Shown: positions 50,770-63,072 of the stretch, one piece after another
Position numbering within the stretch: the stretch's first letter is position 1
Layout: every line of letters begins with the position of its first letter
Source: Blepharisma stoltei ATCC 30299
Taxonomy: Eukaryota > Protista > Ciliophora
DNA: 64,000 nt
Direction: 5' to 3'
Assembly (NCBI GenBank): GCA_965603825.1
Contig: CBFDEM010000006.1
Location: 239,936-303,935 of the forward strand
The notes under the pieces: generated by a model
What the model was told of the DNA's origin: nothing
The model's database searches: none
Seen by the model: the letters and a program-made list of their open reading frames with translations, nothing else
Position numbers and translations under genes: made by a program

Positions 50770-51530
50770 ATGATAATGATCGAACTTACTTTATCAACTC
50801 CCTTGCCTTATGGGCCATTTCAAGTGATTACTAGATCTTTCCCAAATGGAAAATTTATGATGCAAACTACTTTTTCAGTTGCGCCTCAGTTTCTGCTTCA
50901 GTATTCAGCTCATCTTATACAAATGCTACTGTTGGCTCAAAAGAAAACCTTATTTTTATTTGCAGTCCCTGCTAGTGTCGATCTATGGAAACATGACACT
51001 TTGAAATAATCCCTGATTCCCATTAGACTGGCTCTGTAAACCCTGCATGTGAATCAGTTGACATTCCTTCCGTAGCCAATTATATTAAATGCCCTAAAAA
51101 TGATAATTCTTTGTCTGCTCTATTGCTGATTCTAATAGAACAAATGGATGATTAAACATTTAGCATCTGCAAGTGAAATAAGCGTTTATATAAGATGTTG
51201 TTATTAATTCAAGCTACCAAATTAGGCCTAAAGTCTCCTCCTTTAACTTTCCATCGTGCCAATTCCATTTTCAAGCTACAGTTAAACAATAAAAATAGAG
51301 ATGGGGAGCAAGTAATTTAATCGTCCAATACACTTTTAGTGGACATATAGCCACCCTAGCTCCTTGAGCAATAACCGTAACTTCATAAATTCCTTATAAT
51401 ACTAATATCCTTCCTACTGACATCCAGGCAGCACTTCTTTCTTCTTTCACATAGCTGACTTTTCAAATCTCCTATACAATTTCATCAGTAGTAATCACTT
51501 TCACGTTTTTAAACATTGATATATTGTCTG
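50770..51530 (+). pseudogene. Decayed N-terminal fragment of the giant surface-protein gene
   Basis: YGPFQVITRS, DLWKHD and remnants of RWG and LTFQI, homologous to 40320-41100. Confidence 0.8.
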
Positions 51531-51999
51531 AATATAGGTAATTAACCAAATTGTATATTAAATCATAATTTTTTAAAGATTTCTATGCCAATTTAATTTA
51601 AAAGATATCCCAAATGATTTCTAATCTATTTCTAAGTTATTAAGGATTAACGCTATAAAAGTTCGTATTATTTGACGTGCAGGTGGACTTTCAATAAAAA
51701 TCTGTTCATAATTCAAAATATTTGACTTCTTCTTCTTCTGTAATTCTATGTCTACTTGTTTTTATATAGAGCAATATTTGAAGATCACAATCTGCTATAA
51801 TAAGAGACACTTCCTTGATCAAGAAGCTGTAATTAATAAAAATTTTTAAGAAATATTAACTTGTCTAATGGATTATTAAAATAATTGCTCTTCTTATATT
51901 AAGCTGTTTCTTTAATCTTAAACCCACCTAAAGTTTAGTATTAAAAATATCTAGCCTGGATTAGCTCATCTTAAATAATAATTCAATAATAATCATGAG

Positions 52000-53600
52000 C
52001 TCTGCTATTGTTCAATATCATCATCGCCTATCAGATTTCTAGATATTTTTCTATACTCTCAGAACTTAAAAATCTTAGATGGAATTGCAAGTATTCTTTA
52101 TCTTTGGTAGACTATTTAAATGCGTTCTAAAAATTTGTAAACCCAGATACGCTTTTAAAATATGCATAATTTTATATTTAATTGACTTTGAATAATTTAT
52201 ATCTTCTAACGAAAGGTTTACGTATAGATAAAGTTTAGAACCAGTTTTTAATTAATATTTTTCTTCTTTCCAGATTTTTGACTCTCAGAAGAATGCAGTA
52301 TTTTTTTAGTATTTTCCTATCACTATTAAAATATGCTCTCTTTTCCAAATCTCTTTCTTTTTCAATGTTTTTTCAATCTCTCAATATAATTTTCAATTAT
52401 TTCTCAAATGCATTAATCTGATACATCTTCTAGCAGACTATTTACTGCTTGAATTATTTCTATTTTTGCTGGCTCAATATTTCTATTGCACTGATTAAAC
52501 TCTATTTCCTCTTTGCACACTTCATTTGATACTTCATTTAGCCTTCTGATAAAAATTTTGCATTTTTCTTTCTTCTTTTGATCTGATATCCCTGCTATTT
52601 CTTTTCTAAAATTAACTGAAATTTTTCTTTAATGATAATGAGTTGAGAAAGGGCATTTAAAAACATTACATCTATCTCTACTAAAAGTCCGTCAGCCCTT
52701 TATGCAGCAGTAGCTTATAAATGCCTTCGAATTTGCATTAGGATTATATTCCAAATCGCAATTTTCATGACATAAAATTAGACAGAAGGAGCATGGTGTA
52801 TTCGATTGTGCTAAATCTTGGTATTCTAGTTCAAATCATTTTTTCTTGGAAATCCTTTTTTTCTTCAAAGCTACGCTTTTCTTCAAATTTATTATTTTCT
52901 AACTCTTTATCTCAGCTTTTATTTGTATAGAATTTATTAAATTTAACACTGCACCAGAAAAGCTGCATTTTGCACAATCAGTCTCATTTGTTTCAAAGTC
53001 TCTTATGTCTATAGTTTTAAAGCTCAATAAATCTTGCATTAGAACTTTAAGTGTTTCATTGAATTTCACTCATAAAAACTTCTATATACTTCACATCCTG
53101 TATTTATATTTGTGCTGGAGGCGCTTGTATTAACATAATATGTTGTTTTAATTTTTAATGGAATTCACTTGACTTCGAAAGAAACACTATCAGTTGAATT
53201 TGTTAGTGCAAGCACAATATTTTCTCTTGCTGATATAGACAATAAGTTTCTTATTCGTACGAATGCATTTTCCCGCACTTGGATCAAGTCTAGAAATTGT
53301 TCCTTTTTGAATTATTATGATTCTGTGCACTACTATTGCCATATTCAAGTGAAAAGAATTTTATCAATGATTTTATCATCTTGATCTACCCCTTCTGTAT
53401 CACTTAATCCTGGGATAACAATAAAAAGATAATTGTAGTTTCCTTTCTTAATTCATGGTGCGAATAGCAATTAGTTTTACTTTGAGTTTTTCCCGCAGAG
53501 TGCTCATTGGAAGCGTAACCTTATTGTATTAGACTATATTCATTTATCAGTAACATGAATTTTTTGTACTGAGTATTGCCACCTAAAGCATTGCTAAATC
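52000..53600 (-). pseudogene. Decayed P-loop GTPase (AIG1/septin-like) with coiled-coil tail
   Basis: Remnant F.D/VTPGLSDTEG.DQD (clearer in the inverted copy at ~60075-60130) and an E/K-rich downstream region; multiple stops and frameshifts. Confidence 0.5.
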
Positions 53601-54039
53601 ATATGGAGTTTATGATAGCTAAACCCAGGAATTGCATCTTAACGCTTATAGCGAATTTCAATGTTGCATGCACTCTCTAGCCTTCTTTGATGTTTCATAT
53701 TTTCCTTATTTTTACACATATTTTGCAATGCTAAGTTTTAATTTTTTCTTACTTTTGCTTATGTATACAGCTAAATCACAACTTTATAAAATTTCCTATT
53801 TCAAAAGCCTCAATTATTTAATGAGTGATTAAGAAAATTAAAAGCCATGCTAAATTTTTAAAAGCTGATATTGATATGCTAAAGGTGATGCTGATATTAA
53901 CTCCTTCTTTGAGAATTCATTCTAAGCACTTCATTTACTATTGGGCTTCGTCCTGGGCTATTTTACATTTGACTAACTCTTGATTTAGCTGGCTGCTGAC
54001 TATACTTTTTCTGAAATTTTTAAAAAGTGTTCTTACTTC

Positions 54040-54480
54040 AGCTTTATGGCATCTTCTACTGCAGCTGGAGTTATTTATGTCTTATACTCAAATAATGATC
54101 TCATGAGCTGATTTGCAAGCATTTGATAGATTAGATGCTGCAGCTTATTAATGATGCCTTCAACAAGTATAGCTACACTGCTGCCACTAAATTATCAGTT
54201 ATTTACTTTAAATAGAAAATTATTATTAATTTTTTAAATCTATTTTTGGTTATTTTAAATAAACATTGTCTTTCGAAAAAGAAACAGTTAAAGTTCATGA
54301 TTTAAAGTAGAGACTTCTTATGCTTGCTGCTTTATATTCGAAATGATTATCCAGTAGCACCTTCTTGCATATACAGCTTTCCTGGTGATGGCGCGCAATG
54401 CGCCATCACCAGGAAAGCTGTATACCTATACACCTGCTATTCATTTTTTAATTATATCAATTAAGATGACAAATCTTTCA
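54040..54480 (+). pseudogene. Decayed C-terminal fragment of the giant surface-protein gene (mirror remnant at 59320-59480, - strand)
   Basis: Remnants of SSTAAGVIY.SNND and NDYPVAPSCI. Confidence 0.65.
54370..54424. mobile_element. Perfect 25-bp-arm palindrome, TA(TA)-flanked MITE/IES-like insertion
   Basis: TATACAGCTTTCCTGGTGATGGCGC-gcaat-GCGCCATCACCAGGAAAGCTGTATA interrupts a pseudogene. Confidence 0.7.
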
Positions 54481-54817
54481 GATCAGGGAGCAATGAAGCT
54501 ATACTAAAATAAATAAAGCTTTAGCTTTTATTTTAATTTTAATTTTATTTAATAAAAGCATTTTTTTAAGCTATTAATCTTTTTTCTTGCCAAAATATAT
54601 TTGAAAATCAGAAATTATTGATGATGATAGATATTAAGACACAGCGCTTTAAATTTTGCTATAAGTAAAGGATATGATTATTCTTTTATTTCCACCTTAT
54701 GCTGGAAATTTAGAATATTGAAACTCTGTGATTAAATTATGTTTAACTTTTGAATAAAATGCCTTAATATATTTAGACTTATTTATTTTTTCTAAATATT
54801 ACTTCATTTCTTTTAAA

Positions 54818-54861
54818 TTTTTTGCACTATGATGATAAGAAGTATCTCCTTAGTGTTCAGC
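54818..54861 (-). pseudogene. Internally deleted remnant of the ~80-nt RNA family (copy F)
   Basis: GAAGTATCTCCTTAG (15/15 match) preceded by tttttgcac, similar to tttttgcgc of copy A. Confidence 0.45.
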
Positions 54862-55770
54862 ATATCTTTTAGTTCTCTATTGAATTTTTGTATGCTAGAG
54901 TAGCTATTTGCAAATTAATTAAAATGATTAGCTCAAAAATTTAATCTTATGAGGAAATTTACTTCTTTAGGCTTGAAATTGATGCTCTTAGATATAACAA
55001 TATAATAATAAATTTTTTAAAAAATTAGTTATCTTAAAATTGAAAGAGATTTTATATTCAAAATGGTTAGTAGCATTATTTATATCGAATATTATCATTT
55101 CTTCTATTTTATTAAAAATCGTAATTTTTAGTTTTTGCTTAATTCTCTTGGATCCATTTTCATAGCTATCACTCGAAATGATAATATATCATTAATTGAT
55201 GTTTTATTCTGAAGGCATCAAAAAGAATCTTTATTTCTCCTTTCGGATTAATCAAATACTCAATGGCAACATTATATTTTTGCATTTTTATTGCCAAAAT
55301 GATAAATTTAATTTGATGAGATAATCTCATCATTGTTAGGATTGAAGGAGCGATTCTATTCTTAATTAATAATTTAATCAAATTTGTTAATGATAATTTG
55401 ATAGTTAGGGCATTCAAAGGATAAATTTAGGAGTTGCAAAAATTATAATTTAGTCAATGCTGCAGTAAATTGTGCCATAAAATTATAAAATTATTTGCAT
55501 ACTTTAGTTATATTTTCTTTTATTGATTCAGCATTATTGAGAACTAAAATAATTTTCTCTTATTTTTAGATATCATTGTCAAATTATGTCTGCTTCAAAA
55601 ATAATAGGATGCTTTAGTGATTACAACTTCTAATCTTTCATAAAATAATTTAAGGCTCCTAAAACTCAACAAAATTAATTTTCTCAAGGTTAGATGAGTC
55701 ATATAGCATATGCTGTATATTAATAATGAATAATAAGAGGAATAGAGATTAAAGAAAGATTAATTATCCT

Positions 55771-57151
55771 CTAAGAGCCCTGATTGAAGCTGAAATCAAG
55801 ATTGATTGGAAGTTTGCTTACGCTAAGGTCGGTTATTATCTGATACTTGCTTGGGGTTGATAAATTGCTGATTTTCCAAGTTGCAGTCGAGATATCTTGA
55901 TTAGTCATGGTTGTAACTTTTAGGTTGTCAATTGCTAAAGTCTCTGATAATGGATGAGCGAAATTAATGACAATGATATTTGGAGAGCTAAAACTGAGTT
56001 GATATCCAATTGAGTCCACCCTGCATGAATTTCCATCTTGAACAATTGAATTAGCACAATAAAAGCAACTTGGAGTAGCGCTGCAAGAAGAGCATGAATT
56101 TGCACAAGCTAAATAAAAATTACCCAAGCAAGTTGTAGAGGCGCCATTATCATAGAGGAAATAGTCTGAATTACATTGAGTGCATACAGTTCCTGATATT
56201 CAAACTGCACAATTTGCAGGAGGGACTGTATAAAAATTACTAAAGACACAAGAACTTCCTTGCAGGTGATAGCCAGCTTTGCACTGACAGTTATTTGCAA
56301 TGTCTGCATTAGGATCATTGCAAGATGTGCATACATCATCATTAGCAGAGCAAGTACAATATGTAGGGCATTCGCAAGTTATTTTTAAGCATCCTTTCTC
56401 AGGGTGGCAATAATTGCTGCAAGAATTTGTGCAGGCAGAGGTCGTTGCAATGTAAGTAGAATCAGAACTGTCGTATAGGGTGACTGCAAAGGAATTAACT
56501 GTGGCCTTTATGAAGTATTGAACCTCATAGAAATATAATATTGAATATGAAAAACCGAGGAAAAAGTAATTGCCTGGATAGGTATTTTTAGCATTAGAAT
56601 AAGTTACAGCGTCGATTCCTGGAATAATGACTTTCCATGTCCACAAGGAAGCGTTCTTGATCCAGTAATATACCATAAGCATTCATGTTCCTATAATAAA
56701 AAGTACCTGGGGTAAGAGAACTACTTAGAGGAATACTACCAGGGTGAAGGTGAGCTTTTCCTCCTTTATCAATAGCAACTCCGTATGAATATACATTTAG
56801 ACCTATTGCTACAATAAGTGGATCTAATGAGTCCTCGTCTGAGATATTCACTCATGCACTTATCCCGAATTCTGTAGAGGACGGAGTGATAGAGTTTAAA
56901 GTTCCAAAGTAGTAGTAAGCTTCACCATCAGCATAGAAACTGTTGCAATTGAGGATGCCTGTAGTAATTGGGCCAGCTTTTTGACTTCTATATTGTTGGA
57001 TAGGGTCATTTTTATAGGATGATAAATCTATGATCTTTCCATCTACCAAGTTTTTTGAGGTAAGAACCCATCTTCCAAGAGGAGAATAAGTATTGCCAAA
57101 ATATAGGCATAAAATAATGATGACTCCTTTAAGTTGAGTCGAGATCGCCAT
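55771..57151 (-). CDS. Secreted LamG-like + Cys-rich protein; 16-nt intron 56691-56706, candidate in-frame 15-nt introns 56226-56240 and 56109-56123
   Basis: Signal peptide, IIDLSSYKND, CxxC repeats; the apparent frameshift is resolved by GTACTTTTTATTATAG. Confidence 0.75.
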
Positions 57152-60100
57152 TTAATTATATTATCCATTGAAATATAAGTGACTCTAAATCAAAGCTAAA
57201 AATGATGGAAGACAGAAACAGGGATGCAGAGAATCAAAAGAAGCTAAAAACAGAATAAAAAAGGCGAAAAGACCAAAGAGGATTAAAGAGACTAAAAGCG
57301 CAAAATGAACTGGGAGATAAAATGGGAGGAGAATAGGCACGTAGAATGCCAATATTGAAAAGGAAAATATTGTTGAAAGGAAGGCCAACCCAGATATGAA
57401 CATAAAGATGAATCCAGATAGAAGACAATTGAGGTTAGAGGAGTTTGAACAAAAAACCTATAATGGGCTTTTTGAGGAAGTATCAAAGGAAATAAAGTTC
57501 AAGAATTTTTATAAGCCAAAAAGCCTCAAAGGATTGCATCCACTAATAATTTTGTATGCAGAGATAAATTCTTAAATTATGATAATAAATTTTTGTAGGA
57601 GACTGAGCTCTTAGAGCTCTAAATATTAACCAGCTAAAACATCTATATAATTACAGAAAAGCATAAATTATAACTTGCTATTATTTAAATACACCCGCTT
57701 ACCTTGAATAAAATTACCTCTATAAGAAATTTTTATAATAGACGCTTATTTATCAAATTAAAATTAGTTCTTATAATTTGATTCTTCCCAATATGAATAT
57801 TTACTGCTGGAGAAAATAAAGGTTATTTAGTCTTAGCACAAATAATTACAAAATGGCTTAAATTAGGACAGTAAATTTTCATTCTCCCTAAGTAATTATG
57901 ATATCGATATTATAACTTATTAAGCTCAAATTAATTCTAAAGCAACCTACTTAAATTTTAAGCTTATATGAATACGCTAGAATTAATATTTTTAGGTCAA
58001 CTGAGATTACAAGGATTCTATAAATTACGACTAAAGAGCTTATCAGTAAAATTATTTATAAATTTTTCTTAAGTCCTCAGCTTGCTCAAATCTTCAAATC
58101 AAAAGACTGAAAATAAAATAAGCCTAAATATGAGCATCTATGCACGAAAAGCCATTTAAGCATTTTTATGTCGAAAAGCTTTTAACTCAACAATGCATTA
58201 GTGGCATTTAAAATTAATTTTGCAAGATTAATTTAAGTGATAAAACATTGAAGCTGCTAAAAGTAAGTTTAGTTGCCGCATTAAAAGTGATATGAATAGG
58301 ATGCTACACTAGAGGCCAAAATCATATCTAAAATGGAAGAATATAATATCATTCAAGATTTTTAGAAATTTTATACAAAACGAGAAGCTATGGATGTAGA
58401 ATTTAGAAGGCTTATCTTGGATTTTTAAAATTTAACAAATAAAAATAATAATTAAATTTTTAATTTTAATAAATGCTAAATTTAAAGGGCTTTGAAATAT
58501 TTAATTTTGAAAGGTAACTCCTATAAGCATTTTAGATACTTCAAGATAATGATATGGAATTACTATTTGCATGAGATTTTTAATTTTTAGCAACATATTT
58601 AGACTACAAAAAATGAAAAAATCATTGAACTTTAATATTTGTATAGATACTAGGACAAATAAACAATATCAGAGATATAAAATATTTTAGTATAGAAAGA
58701 TGTAGTATTTTAAAGATTAATTATATTTTTCTATATTAATTTAGCTTTGAAATAAAATTTTAAAATTAAAAAAATACAATTTTGAAGCTAAATTAAAATA
58801 GAAAGCTAATTGCATATTATGATATTAGGCATCTTACAGAATTTATAAAATATCTATTGTCTGCCAAATGGCTTTACTCTTTCTCAAAATGGCTAATAGC
58901 ATATGTCATCCTTGATCATAGGCTTTATGAAGAAATTGTAGCAGAAAAGAATAACAATAATGAAATTAATAGAAGAATTCAGAGCAAAAAAATTAGGGAT
59001 TCAAAGATAATTTAAATCAAGCCAATTCTCTTATCAGCAGCGATTAATGAGTTATATTTTCTTTATAATGAATAACTTTTTCTCAAATGAATTTTCAATT
59101 CATGTTTAATTATATTTGTTTAAATCTCTTTGGCTAAATATTTAAAAGAAGGATTTAAATAAAATGACCTATAACTTAATCATTTAAAATAATCAAAAAT
59201 ATTCATAAAATTTTTTGGAAATTAAAGAAATTCAACTTTTTAGATTTAAAAAATTGATAACTTTTATAATAAGAATTTCTATTTTCAGCAAATAATTGAA
59301 AAAGTAAGAGAGAATTTAATGGCAGCAGCGTAGCCATACTTGCTGAAGGCATCATTATAGCTGTGACATCTAGTCTATCAACTGCTTGTAAATCGGCTCA
59401 TGAGATCATTATTTGAGGATAAGACATAAATATCTCCAGTTACAGAAGAAGATGCTATAAAAGCTGAAGTGAGAGCACTCGTTGAACATTTCAGAAAAAG
59501 AATAGTCATCAGCCAGTTAAAATCAAGAATTAATCAGATGTAAAATAGCTCTAGTAATAAATGAAGTGATTAGAATGAATTCACAAAGAAGGAGTTAATA
59601 TAAGTATCACCTTTGGCATATCAATATCAGCTTTTAAAAATTTAGCATGGCTTTTAATTTTCTTCATCTCTCATTAAATAATTGAGGGGCTTTTAAAATA
59701 GGAATTTCTATAAAGTTTTGATTTAGCTGCATACATAAGTAAAAGTAAGAAAAAATTAAAACTTAGCATTGCAAAATATATATAAAAATAAAGAAAATAT
59801 GAAGCGTCAAAGAAGAGTGGAGAGTGTATGCAGCATTGATAGATTTATAAATTCGCTATAAGCGTTAAGATGCAATTCCTGGGTTTAGCTACAATAAACT
59901 CCATATGATTGAGCAATGCTTTAGGTGGCAATATTCAGTAAAAAAATTAGTGATAGTGATAAATGAATATAGTGTAATAGAACAAGGTTATGCTTCACTG
60001 AGCGCTATGGGAAAACCTCAAAGGAAAAACTAATTGCTGTTCGCACATTGAATTAATAAAGGAAACTACAATTTTATTTTATTGATACCCAGGATTAAGT

Positions 60101-60430
60101 GATACAGAAGCAGCAGATCAAGATGGTAAAATCCTTGATAAAATTCTTAAATATGGCTACCGTAGTGGACGCAAACATAATAATTCAAATGGAATAATTT
60201 CTAGGCTTGATTTAAGTGTGGGAAAATGCATTCGTGTGAATAAGAAACTCATTGTCTAGATCAACAAGAGATAATATTGTGTTTGCACAAAAAAATTCAG
60301 CTGATAGTGTTTTTTTCGAAATCAAGTGAATTCCATTATAGTTAAATAATTTAACTGGCACGGGTCCTTTTTTTGCTCAGCAAAAGTGAAACACGTGCTA
60401 CATCAGAGCTTCATAATCTAAGAATTAAAC

Positions 60431-60841
60431 GTGTCTGATGATATGCTACTGCAGAATGTTCCGACACAAGCTACGCCTATACAGGCTATGTCAATACAGG
60501 AATTACAGTTACGACATGCGATACAAAAAGTGGATCTACAATATGGTGCAGCACATGATATGCCCGTGCATAACATGGTACTAAGCACAGTTTCACCACA
60601 GGTAGTGTCACAGCATGACATGCTGGAATTGGAAGATTTGATGCAAATTGATATATAAGGACCTCCACTACAAGATGCGCCAGTGCAAGACATGCCATTA
60701 CAAGCTATACTACAAGCTATACTATAAGCTATGCCTGTACAAAACTTGTTACTAAACGCTGTACCGTTACAGGCGATGCCGGGACATGATATGATGGAAT
60801 TGGAGGAACAGATGCAGATCGAATCATATCAAATTATGTAA
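60431..60841 (+). pseudogene. Pentapeptide (D/A-M-P-L/V-Q) repeat ORF interrupted by two TAA
   Basis: GPPLQ DAPVQ DMPLQ AMPVQ AVPLQ; HDM.ELE..MQI occurs twice. Confidence 0.5.
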
Positions 60842-62559
60842 TTCATAATAAATTATTGAGTTATTGTGTAGTTGAAGCATCTCTCAAGTGAAAAACATTA
60901 ATATTTACTTACAATCAAAAAATTTAAAGCTTATTGTTTTAAATATGCAAAGTAGAAAACTCTAGAAATAATTAGACCAGCTACCTTCTATAAAAGCAAT
61001 GGCTAAGACAAACCAAATGCATCATTTATAAGACTCAAACTCGATCAATTATGACTGACCTGAGATGTTAAAAAAAAGCAAAAGGTGGCTTGCATAGAAA
61101 TTTTATCTCAATCATGCTTATTTGCAAGTTAGTCAGTAATAAAGTAAGAAACTGGCATTATCTCCTTCTAAGGCCATGATGGTCCTCAAACGTCCAAAAA
61201 GCTGCAAATTCTCATTTAAACCCACTCGCCAACGACATCTTCATAAATTAATTGAAATTTCCACACAAAATGAAGACTTTTTCAGCGAAGAAGACAGCAT
61301 ATAATCATGAATGACGTGAACTCAAGAAAATACATTATTGCCTTCGACTCTCTCGATAAATTTTTCAACATTGATGTCAATATCTCAATTTGTCAATTTG
61401 GCTATATGGAGAATCCCGAACATCAGTTCTTCAATCTAGGCAAGAGAATTTTTCGTAGTAGCACGGAAATTAAGGCTTTTGGATATTTATTTATAGATAA
61501 TTGACTCAGTTGTAAAAAACGGTAAGGATCCTTGGATTGTAATTTCATCTTAGCACATCAAATATTAAGACCCCATAGAGATGACATATTTACTTTATAT
61601 TTCTTCTGAAAAATTAAATTTAAAGAATTGAATCATCTATAAATTTATAATATTTGAATTCCTTACAACTGAAAGGAAAAATCTGCGCGGCTTAAATCGC
61701 TACTTGAAAAATCAGTATTATAAAGGAGGAATTCCTTGATAATTCTGCATATGGGATTTTTATATTTTTTAAGTTTTTATTATTAAAAGAAAACCTAATT
61801 TTATTGCTAAATTAATCCTAAGCATTTGTGCTTATTTGGCTTGCTCTTCTTATTGACAGCAAAGATTTGATATCTTCCTATAAGCATTTGATAAAAGGCT
61901 TTAAAATGTGCTATTAAAGAGCTAGGGCTTCAATTAATTCTTGGATTCACAAGAAAGTCTAGTTGTTAATATTAGACTTTAAATAAGAGATTTATCTTCC
62001 ATTATTGATTATGTGCATTCTTTGATATTTATTTTAATCTTTGGCTATTTAAAGGAAAAATTAACCTTAAAACAAAACTGTTTATTTAGAGTTAAATTGC
62101 TAATGAAAAAATGAGTTTTCTTAATATTTAAATTAAAATATCTCAAGATTAATTGCCTGTTATTGCAAGATTTGTAAATATCAAATCTCCATTAGCAATC
62201 CAGATAAAAGCTAATAGATTTATAAGACCTAAAATTTGCTAGCTAAAGCATTGTTATATATAAAATTTATAGAGATCCGCTAGACATAAGTAAATCTAAT
62301 CTAATCTTCTCCAGAAAGGTATTGTTTTTATGAACTTGAATTCTATTATATCTGAGATTGATTGATTATACTAATCTTTAACTCCTGCATGATTTTCAGA
62401 AAACAATTCTTAATGTTTCACAGAGATTGCTTAACACCATATTGCAATTAAAATTTATAAAATATTTAATAATTAATAAAATTAATTTAATCAGTATATC
62501 ATCTTATTGTTTTAATATAAAACTTAGAGGCATAATTATCTAAGAAACTGCTTAAAAAT

Positions 62560-63071
62560 TTTCTCTTATATTTAAATATCATTCACAAACTATATCTGTA
62601 GGCTTTTTATTTATTATAACTTCTAATCTTTCATGCTATATCCTCCAAAAACCTCAACAAAATTAATTTTTTCAAGGTTGATGAGTAATATAGCATGTGT
62701 TGTATATTAATAATTGATAATAAGCAGTAAAAAATTAAAGAAAATTAATTATCCTCTAAGCAAAAAAAAACCTCTGTTTGCTCATAGAGGGGGTAATAAG
62801 AGCCCTGATTGAAGCTGAAATCAAGATTGATTGGAAGTTGGCTTACGGTAAGGTCAGTTATTATCTGATACTTGCTTGGGGTTGATAAATTGCTGATTTT
62901 TCAATTTGCAGTCGAGATATCTTGATAGTCATGGTTGTAACTTTTAGGTTGTCAATTGTTAAAGTCTCTGATAATGGATGAGCGAAGTCAATGACAATGA
63001 TATTTGGAGAGCTAAAACTGAGTTGATATCCAATTGAGTCCACCCTGCATGAATTTCCATCTTGAACAATT
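62560..63071 (-). repeat. Duplicate of ~55545-56046 (3' end of the LamG gene plus downstream flank), truncated by the telomere
   Basis: Near-identical sequence with a 2-bp deletion and a 40-bp insertion. Confidence 0.9.
62757..62800 (-). mobile_element. 40-bp insertion with TAA(G) duplication; solo TIR-like remnant
   Basis: Absent from the paralogous site cctcTAAGagccc (55768); reverse strand reads CCCCCTCTATGAGCAAACAG. Confidence 0.6.
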
Positions 63072-63072
63072 A

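Larger units (their letters stand above)
53155..60340. repeat. ~1-kb inverted duplication, arms ~53155-54190 and ~59320-60340
   Basis: Long colinear reverse-complement matches, e.g. 53161 gaattcacttga vs 60321 atcaagtgaattc, and 53630 attgcatcttaacgcttatagcgaatt vs ~59850. Confidence 0.88.

Noticed and set aside
56594-56851. Frameshifted pseudogene call for the LamG gene
   Set aside because: Resolved by a 16-nt intron at 56691-56706.
57185-57486. Hydrophobic ORFs upstream of the LamG gene
   Set aside because: Arise in all three frames from a purine-skewed non-coding tract.
61000-61600. Possible decayed DDE_1 transposase fragment
   Set aside because: Only a weak IIAFD resemblance; needs an HMM search to support.
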